DNA of 64,000 nucleotides from an uncultured Christensenella sp. Lineage in GTDB: Bacteria > Bacillota > Clostridia > Christensenellales > UBA1242. The notes beneath the pieces are model-generated. The model did not search any database and was not told the DNA's origin. It worked only from the letters and a program-made list of their open reading frames with translations. The stretch's first letter is position 1, and every line of letters starts with the position of its first letter. Below, in pieces: positions 60,901 through 62,017 of this stretch. Made by a program: the position numbers and the translations under genes. The stretch lies in contig CAJUBT010000006.1 of assembly GCA_910584815.1 (NCBI GenBank), positions 6,371 through 70,370 on the forward strand, written 5' to 3'.

Positions 60901-60971
60901 AAACCTGTTAAAAAACAAGTTATAGCAAACATAACCGAGAATATAAAACTTACACTTTTTTTAGTTTTCAT
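33915..60971 (-). CDS. Giant (~9,018-aa, ~1 MDa) membrane-anchored surface fibre protein
   Basis: A single uninterrupted ORF of 9033 codons runs 33915..61016 in the track. I prefer the start at ATG 60971 (M16), because AAGGGA lies 9 nt upstream. That start gives MKTKKSVSFIFSVMFAITCFLTGFGACFLTGKITTALA|QDD, a signal peptide. The module order, read from the translation, is listed in the repeat features and findings below. Confidence 0.85.
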   Translation of the reverse strand: MKTKKSVSFIFSVMFAITCFLTGFGACFLTGKITTALAQDDVATSYSVGKTLKFGEYPQNQIDDATSRSLSTLVNKLKFESGLSTWFNEDGTSNIKQDSVVPIVEFTLDAICKSKEDGIISNADLSYNSNTGYFTINKKLGELQEGDKFVEFVSGDYLLHTYAGKQTDSNISGELPIFTNNAEYTNPYVAGNSYYFKVEPIEWVVIANKENAINLVAKNVLFTSKNNDILTYSYAYSTLRAYLNGTRASLKSTTSETPYTYDYSNYHNFVTQAFNSLEQEVLIAEDRTTNDIFALYNSGTRGGDERTNYHYFDTTYKFYAKGSGSIDVNSKVYVAETESEIPSDCQKITVKQENRPTTKDKVYLPLYSEFTNFFKTNDSRISQGTSYAIATGAGRNSNGGVNYAFTRDITFDPEEITFNEHNGESLRNYYVSGNGETEKTFYSNALGIRPAISLDITKINLILGEDTATRASSLASNLANVSTMVDNTARLVYVNDNQFYENKFYVTNLETSESEVGGRNNVSVSLDYFNATTQDKNKPVNNFGKVINKISAIVRNDRGEAICYGVIANGNFADSGKLSFTFDVDSTEKYTIEIIEESIYANNRILSRVALQQNTLFIDGANGNDNNDGLTENASVRTLDRALRIVEQNGIKDICVVNEIVVSSVTGSYEISCSHDLTFYRETKGYLFTSDEYNPCFIYVGSTQNNKQGKITFDGKHGDSGIMKIDSYDSSLTIYDNVEIKDYEATINIFDMQGCDVTIEGGVFTNIVTTEYFFKNTLASENVSINQGNAINKINGGKFTKSNVRGFVYGVLADVSIINFEVTNNSFENFINASFDATIVLGEEVEDEANRVLISSNEVTGNGLIEVGAETGEVSNVIIHNGEFLNNRGSAYSAGGVYAKYCSTITVNNGKFVGNTSNGTADDGTDGGSVFTLSSGATITINGGEFTSNTGYYGVLRATTSNTLVDKKQERTISILGGTFKNNTASGNGGTINIDARNSVASGSITNVEIKNITIDNSFSSNNGGAIFVKANNVKLSNVSVLNSQALGVAGAGYFEAINGITLIENCEINNNQASKFAGAFYFEECANVSITSSNFNNNIGFATKVEEETFASVGAIYFLGTTNKNFNNLNLNITDCLIQNNNGKAGVANDGEEILLGAGAVGVFAGANVKIENNNVLANTGASVGGILVSGVSDSEIYPNVEIVNSNINNNAGGIVGGVSFNSFNKVLVNGCEISNNQASVNEGFAAIYVNSSVKNSNIEITDSEVNNNKNLFSNGQTGYIISLTSAESSFRNSSVQGNFAGAIVEMGETTLVDGVTFYGNTSCVEFGGVLKVTNYKQEIKNCVFTSNTLNATGNSASCVNFVISGPFSLVGCEFNYNKSNIGSAVYSVENCELDVIDCTFTGNNTGVTASSGACVLLGTTTLTNCTFTGNSAIGSSADFGGGAIYAGSNSLLEIYSCTFTNNNSSFNGGAIYTLGSLIVDSLNSQNLTTFNGNYVSSNSRNTFGGAIAVSGGLVTINSGLFVGNYATASGSDKNNIAYVGNGGVIASVTNASIVIKNAQFNGNGNEQKTNGGVVYSTGNLTINNITGDGNKALNGGNVYVSSGYATIQNTTFTNAVATNGGGMYLATAIIDVNNVNIFSSTANQGGAIYASGPEALNIFNSNLSYNNVTNGGALFLIGTGTTRLSEVTIQGNYSSGEGGAVYVSNGSIYVYDTTISGNGIAANRNGAGFYGDRTSFTFARRVYIADNFANGEKNEKNLYVQGENGKDSNLYLVRTALSIVDALAEGSLIGAKTNATNGRVASGVNYILTSDDLDKFFSDDETKTLKLEYSVNSSGAVSTNIVTESIPTNFDIIVSNYVGDYDGELHTVNVQVFGVEDYQIFYSNQVGVVGVTELVEGQTAFRDVGEYTVYVVVTSGSNRRPVSTQASANVIIRKQTVVVSTLPTVENLTISSVTYPTTLSSATIKGGVAEVEGFEIAGSFEWVAPNTRTAQKKGYQYYAMKFVPESTNYAECEFTILVYVGGFKNLYYFNQGTYNGFYVNGNTNNSTIGDRANNYFTTSLETALNSMEDNGIIYMISTYNLNDGEGILRIDTPITITIARHILNANALLEINSSKTSNMSSIEIGKNSMAGTLVFDGGNIRTTGAMVKIYAPNSPVSIGGNVIFKNHNVKNNTSGTRGALEITDCGATPNVTINNLEMFNCHGGENGSPLHIYSTTNNINLYIRDISIYNCSGVNGGAVYIGSNVSASFLSANITKNSASNNGGGVYIAQNSLSVFYGADITSNTALNNGGGVYLESLVNIYGLNLSTNTAGFGGGMYVAGNVTSDVTNVGVSSYGGVNVDRNIATGNENSTGLGGGIYFEGNYVLNNAKITGNVANGRGAGIYNANGGNSNLNNVVISNNILTSNSADSVAGLAGSGIVSSGATFTEVTISSNFTKYLSDAEDAVALYGAFYSLGGTETFINSNISNNSIQTSNRNAVLYGAGISTFGANNSVVNIKENSSIVNNFFTVPNEFLDNGGRAVYPQIFLGKLNNEQYTKLYLQDATIAGYAGETGVGGSGKIYLAGKLNITSAIETSITTNNDTCVFQYGNLDKTSAIYLSSSATVTNGAVAVGIDEDYKNSFTKIYSDGEEVTINPMPFIETNASVISVLGVSNAELVASTLDYTLLVSIGSSIKSTPIYWDAVNGNDSNTGANSNNAVLTLKKALSLCANNGVIYIVKTVEILTDTTISAPNVTLMRIGLSMGDYLFQVKNGATLTLQDVTIDGYSSMADGTPKGLIGVDENSTLILNTGAIIKNSSVAYQTGVNVSGGAINNKGTLTINAGAITENKIAGTNINNVGGAIYSTGVINIYGGVISKNSAQIDGGAIYVESGELNIYGGAIYGNKATRNGGAIFVNSGAKLNVSGGEISENTSADGGAIYIKNANLAMSGGMIYGNTVTGQGGAIYTIGSTINLTGGVISNNNAGVGGAIFVSSGEVNITYLARISGNKALTQGGAIYIQSGVVNVSGGEIFNNSATGAGGAILLAVDGSLKMSGGEIYANTASQGAAIYSNAKGSIQNNQTTFVTDNGNKTTIYKIDNSALIISGGYISNNIADGEGGAIYVASGSASTATLLITGGEINGNTAAQSGGAIFVTGNVYVQIDDANINSNTATNSHGGAINVVDAKLLINGGKIYGNTATIYGSVIALSSGGSATLLGGEIQNNTYVGDGTNGGVIYVDSKSEFIVGENAIVMNNKRVTNGVEFNYNIFVRVAEDESGVIKILSSLSLNAQLYVNSNTVGGASSVVAIPFNDNFEMSSKKIITRFFADIVEKRVYLDNNKIYVGESQSSKDNGYGFVYVAGDYVNEYDGAEHSIYFEILDNPNNVTVQFLATDSSDQPASNAIWSSVNPTQSISGKKFVHFRIVYSGSPEYLGYRLLYIRGITPVITEEPYISTQLITNTLYSSTGGVGGRDNRPTLLGGSAEYNGRKISGRFVWAFDSFTFEDIGLQDAYVNFEPTNASYNAVALTIKVNVFVERFYYGADASGKVGFYINDSFTRSSEVTTMEQAINSITNGGTICLARTYDVTEDEYWGTLDGFTVNIARAKDVNDILFTGAMVIVQNSVNLNLGANRSGEPIIDGSIVFDGGARWVTDKLGDTMPSNNNYFRNDGARSTGAILVVSSGANANIVSGVVMQNNENCLTNNITNSGYGGAITNHGNLYIENVTIRSNSAKGYGGAIANLSGATLEIIYADIRYNLADYSSGSLAGNGGVIYMSGNCETLIHGITITNNRAKNNGGVIYQEGGILEISPDQNETTGNWSVVNINSNNTNNLGTIFVSCETADAKVIMRGGEIKGNTAVRGDAFYINNRRKATNDITNNVLTFDATSGSTKPALSIDGEIYLLNEDQIIQRRAFSQDANIKIGIGYTASIGKVVVDKVNFYDKTLQNYTLNNVSNFGLAEITTHGGHDTIQLSTTFELNVYYEYITDVGVSDVSYTINVEYGKTYGDYLKGNVIVTNNGEVTVSKEGYDVGLFCYVSDNGASLNGVNLQTQVYYQMFDDAGNSLNSNLYIVWVVADPIITVVVDNGNEDNVYTYGTEVILRANISNRNDEDFTYSYQWYYGNEQILNNGNDETFRITQVNESGQYKVKVTVRGGMTQRETTSEFTQIIINPIILEVGLAVQEFIYTGNNIDARFRGGLDVENAETNLILVDGEFGFTDDINVLKLKADSDGAVEKLVNLDDSIYIMEISIDNANYILKDTQLGWKIIPLPLNISGWYDAFTNSNYVNDYEQEDGVKHALVPTFNNVAKGDNITIKLEFNRIGEDPIIVYYNYNIGFVGSENGTTQVDTSNIGFEEIGRYSSLLVSVYNPNYTLPTDLESLRLQWSITEIQAFMDRWNIEDELIVHEDLGANEPAFTVVKTYSSDGYRVTAGLKTSKDVSVLSDLTLRITVTGITNSGKEVNESTLFTVNANNRLSFVSDDGQITFVTITDAGTYNVKVEVINYLEVDPSDVNRQDFEAGKYYILDENGNYVIQNKDVDVYDPNGAYYTHASNYHSLATARYDIDIIIEKQTIELVWGIDDAETDSIVYNKTYHRAGIIKAKAVGENKFITLQTDAYEYSRDYYKNLAGEYIANVILREPYSYNYEIYAGSEEFKWTIAKANLIIIWPTTTSFDWNGERQTFNPTISGGLTGDVLGVTVEGNTATEVNPKDEAGNYIPYTCRIVVGTLNTNYELGEEQLKQCDWFIVPRKLNFVWEIVDNGIVLDKTVTANNSDEERSASYDGRSFKLQPKISNLVNGFTDVSFKVKESGVDENYINAGTYFATIDFDFGLSGGNASSYELVANDTVTISWTINPKEVTFVWSYTKPFIYNGEEKYITAEVNPDDIVNNDSFEITYSTEKFDATNSYTNFATNVGSYRAKVAGVGNPNYTFNENNSNTYRSWEIGKAPLSLSWVGSSLELTMDNRTAVYDGTAKFYSVNGFTGLMSGEDGGVTIKISYRDTLGTVYNDSNLINVGSYIATASVDGEFSGNYYIVEEDVNFSWSITPLPLIFSWNSVQPEGAVWDNNKIVYDSLTSTPRAQYFVFDVDNISSRDEVTFFVQLTLGGAAPVNRTVEFDANGLDLEDFISFMNANSINAGSYQAKIIALTGTGSGNYTLENATESEKNWEITPAAIDLTIHTNLFVVDYNGSSNAFIYNGLNQTANILVRNVFNATSDNDYLAFGSQYTVTGNSGINAGNYTAVVTLNRNGNYIFTNKITSSFEWKTSWRIDKRAVILEWSNSSPDFDNTFTGSPVTVTASVTNLQDPKDVVNVIGYSNDIILGNSDDYNSNLYTNSEIYVGKYLAKATQVSNPNYMVDEATSTNEWTIAPRRANIGWIGTNISSDIGGTLTSDHASYLGTGGANAIFFTGTPANLIAGTTLNLTLTYYYAKNIDNWADWESVKDDVNVEWVPLANSNLCVNAGFYKCVASVGSGDESSYYTLEGANTVKYWQVTRRTLIFSWNTNTFVYNGLPQCPTPTVKGIATTDQATSTIAVADGCIKTDANIPGEYYTARVNFTSPQGANYDIENSQNVTWDWTITPRNLEIAWQANATSWTYDRVSNKFYYLTATDGFVMGERVEFEYFVSFTAPGSTEAQNITNYQENSKNAGLYTAVVTGLAGDKKFNYSLSNYGAPALTRTWTIYQKNITFTWNYNNGDGPFRYDGTPKSVTATAVGVISGDSVNVPFTQTDNGYDNNLKTLVGNYTARVARLNNSNYTYNLETAVCEWQILPQVIQIKWTLSGFPEGTTLGKETLHRLYNGEEAFITPSIANIVEVDGVREDVSLSYTNYLVSITGNTPTSVLNSVGTYLCQVAGLYGVNASNYTLEGNTQDDLNKQWIIDPILLTLEVPSDTTYYYTSEPQNLTVALKGNIISNDLDRVYPTYKWGENDPVRVFTQTNAGDYNLSISLGGSASGNYAFETNVNTNVTIRVNQVQIRVIFQTSGNQTYVYDGDEHRPNPTIEGVKGNDSPLQYKYQYNANGWQDFAGASSSYMAGSYKATVSLNPDGAVNYFLSNDSQLSITYSIQSATAGWNVIPLYTGVSPTAEGDYTSEDRTTVVLVTVNGSINPSAEAPKGTISFTTGSAGQEGITASLYNANTTAGSPGALFTAYYEKYKDAIDLYAFAVNTSYTIITYEEKHTGGYTPSFSYVCEPNAIGSGQTGNYRNITGSSPERPFFPSNSPQKTVSLYYSSTAGDGSTEYTRISADTQIGDRKYGDVVNFFITGGTILTQNVYYITINGAIIQNNIDGNGVIVTYYTNQDDAAIAHFRANSGYANGITEGDTETSRLVTRAEVRFITVGEISLSGYKNAGDSADGRTFIEGISIKNKIRITRKALTVNKVPDATMAYGTGVVVKNEDSNFVFVESEFYNYLAEVEDVIKSITLGVVNTVSNPNQLQAGTYVNYVTIASMNHPYYSFSTIASDNLGNLTVDKQTLSADTEGLTINVNDSNCVYDGTVQRPTITIMYNQTIVESEDVDGITFENAINAGERTAIFRFRPKGNYTGEIVGYYSIARFNLQNAVVDNSLTASVEYTASSITKDFGTGDASLVYIRRSGGGYQYLFVNEDFNVYYSNNINVGEATITLQARGSNVTGSTTINFNITAQTITDEDITDYTLTFGGISSKNYTFTGGDIAPTVTYLYSATKGISFEVSDIYLYADGNKNNLTYVEEGISYPSFSVNVGSYHVVATIIGAVRSSYKNYVGTVYLPYTISPLDFTALESFGIDEIANQTYSINNLEPVINVYRMIAGEDGEQKVSLNLSTDYTVTYGNNKNAGTANVTITGTGNYTGTKSATFEILRKKIEDITFSLSSIYTYTSRRISPSVQEIIGSYSALGSTEQVTLSIVGYGDNINATYVKDGVKYNRGSILVVGSGNYANEVDASGNPIPLEIYFDINKLAITQSQAGNVLLQFGNDSYYYTGSAIEPEVKSISYLYSTGDASYYLYMYGKTSENDDNYDFTVTYTNNTNASENAVITITFREDGNYEGTFNKNFTINPRSLDTSYFITTEIYEENVETSTAPNVSLDSEIFTGRGITKTVYLYHYEKVGNNYVYTKLELGTDYTIEYENNVNAGTAIIVVKGIRNYASTISSNFIIEQKEIYTEGSTDVRISPIPNAVYTGDVILPNVTITYNTLTLVQDIDFTISVDERENSPYDNINVSTDNKKASVVITGIGNYKGTTFAEFNITPRSLSDGNVNTTTIPNQQYTGLEIKPDANVVVTDGTKILTLGVDYQIGYSNNINVGEVALVVITGIGNYTGTVNRTFVIVARNISEHADEFEIVINDMTFTGRQIRPSYDDFTLKFNGTALDNNRSIYAFANSNAFGENINVGKGSFVIEGNGNFTGLLTFNFNIVPLNYNSNTFNVVLQENYRYTGKPITPDPTITSSEVLVDNYTLVLGTDYTLSYARNQGITGESENSKARVVITFIGNFAGETSRTFNIARRELTSSDVTISLAHLVYYTGNEITLHFDDIIVVLNETNGSNAYTMTLADITLEMVKVTETGATVNNKDVSSGGAVKIIFGGANGTFTGSCIYNFEITPLDITSDDILLHDRVLQDEIFKGEPIVKDFSDFTSQQITTKPDGSTVTDTIVVGMLTVGNTILKFGTDYTVSYSQDTTNVGKVVMTLTGSNNLTGTKQIEFNITPKELDNESFSYGAIPSQVYSYGEQIFVDDLISASFKLSGGSALNLRLGTDFVVANYSNNINVGTDAVVTIEGKGNYAGLFSIKFEITKRNITSADVKFAKNQNVAFMGEDVYLGTFGIVIGGRETISLQDSLQYSQIEYVGNRFNAGKVIINIPVSILKDKTGIIQNYQTTEPDGKITLEFEIIEREYSKTTFTIPPILAQTLTGNPIEPIFDLPYISKNAGIMVGSEKKYGIYFENENGNKILLTQDVDYILEYRNNITETEFAYIDIKFGGTSHNYMGTTTITFRIVKQMASREDFEAIKFNIVKFNATKVETPRYDEVSSLKDLIFVADDMSVISSITWANDNIEIFSAGTYTATIRYNPDPTLYTDYITTISYTIGKGIFKDVDIYKDNGGKQYFEFKFMAGLKLSDITLPEFFNWQYQIDTSVNEQSRGTYYVKDANGNFVEVKLNSASDYKIGTTYFVKPDRIDLSNINIGNLDYYELSNYKAYYNNNPDCYEDYDNIDVTIRIIRGDLRASSFAHSPITVTYNSNLTLSSIFISGSGYTWDSTQPNFDRRLVVNGEEGETFYMIYSSRDDEGFFESIFGNKNNYNPIRVEAKVYVIKANYSKSEIARFLGDYNIGTKTYVPNLTVGTLNVILPNGFSFANNEQELKYGNNTANLVFNKGSEYNPNYNEYGLSLSERFSINITVISPVLTFKIDPNGAGVVKTDEHGYVVRRTWGSTLNAEGANVPIIVSYLNEITGEWVEINDGSITTWFDGNSILNTEVGYIIRQVRFEAKDKSFISNQNYQMFDITVLVNGADPQINTLTFLNNEQITYSKASTLARVSRVTSTSTTLTYLDSIRYTYKIGRELADEIIFDDEEIVLDAKTVLDAGIYKIIAHFDSAACGFYNFAGLSPDGSPFTLEKTLRINKATLNIVLQDVERTYGDLIMNNDPAIKASGIEGLSEDEYTLALYSDSNMINRINLNYLTNAGTYYIILELNESLRKNYNFGDGAIFTATYTIKQKEITNYDLIIDGVLREDGSKLNDKIHINFNANQFVDGIIPEYELIFTKNGQQISNIVSEGDYEVTIVFSGNNYFTTRVVSFKVYEAQNYNNLIIIVIVAGLVVIAGLVIIISIRINRRKRKQNVGQEQLKRTKEEIKSKTQKAKGQQENNNTGNNAGGGNANNNINNGNANNVGNNGGNVNGNQNGNVNNNGSGQQMQNQNVQPTVNTTPQNLANNPQNYVAQNNVPQQNFVNPQNVANQQTPPQQNFVNPNAQAPNNANGQNIVNPNYNNGYVDPNFNNPNGYVDPNMYNNQGYYDLNNQGYYDPNNQAYYNQNNNQGYYDPNNQNYYNPNMQNPNNPNGNFVDPNNPNNPQ
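33990..34185 (-). repeat. Imperfect coding tandem repeats in the C-terminal tail (GYYDPNNQ / GYVDPN units)
   Basis: Plus-strand units TTGTTAGGATCGTAATAACCTTGGTTA, TTGTTAGGGTCATAGTAACCTTGATTA and TTTAGGTCGTAATAACCCTGATTA are followed by two TTAGGGTCTACATA[AT]CC units. Together they encode ..NGYVDPNFNNPNGYVDPNMYNNQGYYDLNNQGYYDPNNQAYYNQNNNQGYYDPNNQNYY.. Confidence 0.7.
37080..41640 (-). repeat. About 16 tandem ~95-aa Ig-like modules, 'F-type' (…Y.NN.N.G[TE]A…G.GNY.G…F.I.P/K)
   Basis: Module ends recur as INFNITAQT, YTISPLD, FEILRKK, FDINKLA, FTINPRS, FIIEQKE, FNITPRS, FVIVARN, FNIVPLN, FNIARRE, FEITPLD, FNITPKE, FEITKRN, FEIIERE and FRIVKQM. Each is preceded by a motif such as YSNNINVGEA/…TGIGNYTGT. 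The repeats are degenerate at the DNA level. Confidence 0.65.
42860..48270 (-). repeat. About 15-17 tandem ~100-aa Ig-like modules, 'W-type' (…Y[DN]G…NAG.Y…NY…W.I.P…W)
   Basis: Module ends recur as GWKIIPLP, KWTIAKAN, DWFIVPRK, SWTINPKE, SWEIGKAP, SWSITPLP, NWEITPAA, SWRIDKRA, EWTIAPRR, YWQVTRRT, DWTITPRN, TWTIYQKN, EWQILPQV and QWIIDPIL. Confidence 0.65.
49090..50430 (-). repeat. Beta-helix module 4 (PMP/GGA-type turns)
   Basis: It starts ERFYYGADASG...TTMEQAINSITNGGTICLARTY. Turns include YGGAITNHG, GYGGAIANLSG, GNGGVIYMSG and NNGGVIYQEG. Confidence 0.55.
51180..52935 (-). repeat. Beta-helix module 3, the most regular, with ~15 GGAI[YF] turns
   Basis: It starts IYWDAVNGNDSNTG...VLTLKKALSLCANNGVIYIVKTV. 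On the plus strand, AAATTGCACC[GA]CC recurs roughly every 45-180 nt, most often ~70-80 nt (for example near 51663, 51903, 51973, 52133, 52211, 52322, 52369 and 52439). The encoded pattern is GGAIY-x(6-9)-[ILV]x[IVM]xGGxIxxNxAxxxGGAIY. Confidence 0.7.
52990..54900 (-). repeat. Beta-helix module 2
   Basis: It starts LYYFNQGTYNGFYVNG...TSLETALNSMEDNGIIYMISTY. Turns include VNGGAVYIGS, NNGGGVYIAQ, NNGGGVYLES, GFGGGMYVAG, GLGGGIYFEG and GRGAGIYNAN. Confidence 0.6.
55500..59135 (-). repeat. Beta-helix module 1, the longest (~1,200 aa)
   Basis: It starts LFIDGANGNDNNDGLTENASVRTLDRALRIVEQNGIKDICVV. Many turns follow, including NNGGAIFVKAN, FGGGAIYAGS, FNGGAIYTLGS, TNGGVVYSTG, NQGGAIYASG, TNGGALFLIG and GEGGAVYVSNG. 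Confidence 0.6.
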
Positions 60972-61076
60972 TTTTTTGTTTCCCTTTGTATTTTTTTGCG
61001 TTATTGCCACCAACATAAAACAATTGAATTTTATAGTTAATTAACGCCCTTTTTCACTACTTAGTATGATACAAAT

Positions 61077-61105
61077 ATTATATATTATAGGCATTTTTTT
61101 AACAA
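61077..61105 (-). promoter_or_regulatory. Promoter of the giant gene
   Basis: Minus strand has TTGTTA (61105-61100), a 17-nt spacer beginning with A6, and TATAAT (61082-61077). The predicted 5' UTR is ~100 nt to ATG 60971. Confidence 0.5.
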
Positions 61106-61955
61106 ACTTTTTAACATACATTTTAATGGCTTTTAACAAGTTTTTTTGGTTAAATTCGCTTGACATTTTTTGCTAGGCATTTTCTGGCAAAAAAACATAA
61201 TTTAATCCACTAAATTTATGTTAATTTTAACCTTAACCGACCATTCAGTTTATGCTAAAAAATAGCCAAATTTAGCGTATTTTTTAAAATAAAAACTTTT
61301 AAAAAAACCACTAAGTTTTTAAAAAAAATTATGTATTTTTTATAGTTTAAACCAGCTAAAAACTTAAATATTTTTTTATAAATAACCATAAAAAAATAAG
61401 TAAAAATAACAAAAAATTTGCACCAATTTATTTAAAAGTTTTTAAATTTTTGGCAATTTTTTTTAATAAAATCTTTCACTTTTTTATTAAAAAATAGTTA
61501 AAATTATCTTGTTTTTTTATATAAAAATTTAAAATATCTTTTATAATATCACCATTTTTTATTAAAAAATTAACAAAAAAACAGTTAAAAATTAAATAAA
61601 TTTTTTTATATTTAGCCCCTATTTTTGCAGTTAAATAGTTAAAATATTTATAATTTAAATATTGAAATTAGCATAAATATTTGTATTATTTAACATAAAA
61701 AACAACTTTTAAATTTGCAAAAATTTATAAGTTAAAATTAATTTAATTTATATTAATTTTTAAAACTATTATAAAAACAAAAAAGTTTTGAACTTAAAAT
61801 TTATTAATTTAACCTTAATTTTAACCTAGTTAAACATTATATTTTTATAACCACTTAAAATGTTTTAATAATTTGCTAGTTTATAAACAAAGCATAAGTT
61901 TATAAAAAAAAGAGCATAAAAAATGGCTATAGTTAATTTGAATAATAGTTTTTAA

Positions 61956-61984
61956 TTGTTAAGCCAACGGTTTTGTGCTATAAT
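61956..61984 (+). promoter_or_regulatory. Promoter of the flippase gene (extended -10)
   Basis: TTGTTA (61956-61961), a 17-nt spacer ending TGC, and TATAAT (61979-61984). This promoter lies inside the track's TTG-started ORF extension, which argues for the ATG at 62018. Confidence 0.55.
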
Positions 61985-62017
61985 TTATTGTTTAATAAAT
62001 GGTTGAGAATAATTTAT

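Noticed and set aside
33915-61016. About 25 short ORFs (60-133 aa) in the track, on either strand, nested inside the giant gene. Examples are 34191..34592, 36804..37016, 37583..37813, 55625..55852 and 60281..60487.
   Set aside because: All lie out of frame or antisense within a continuous 27-kb ORF. Their translations are low-complexity (I/L/F/N/C-rich), and none has an RBS. This number of chance ORFs is expected over that length.
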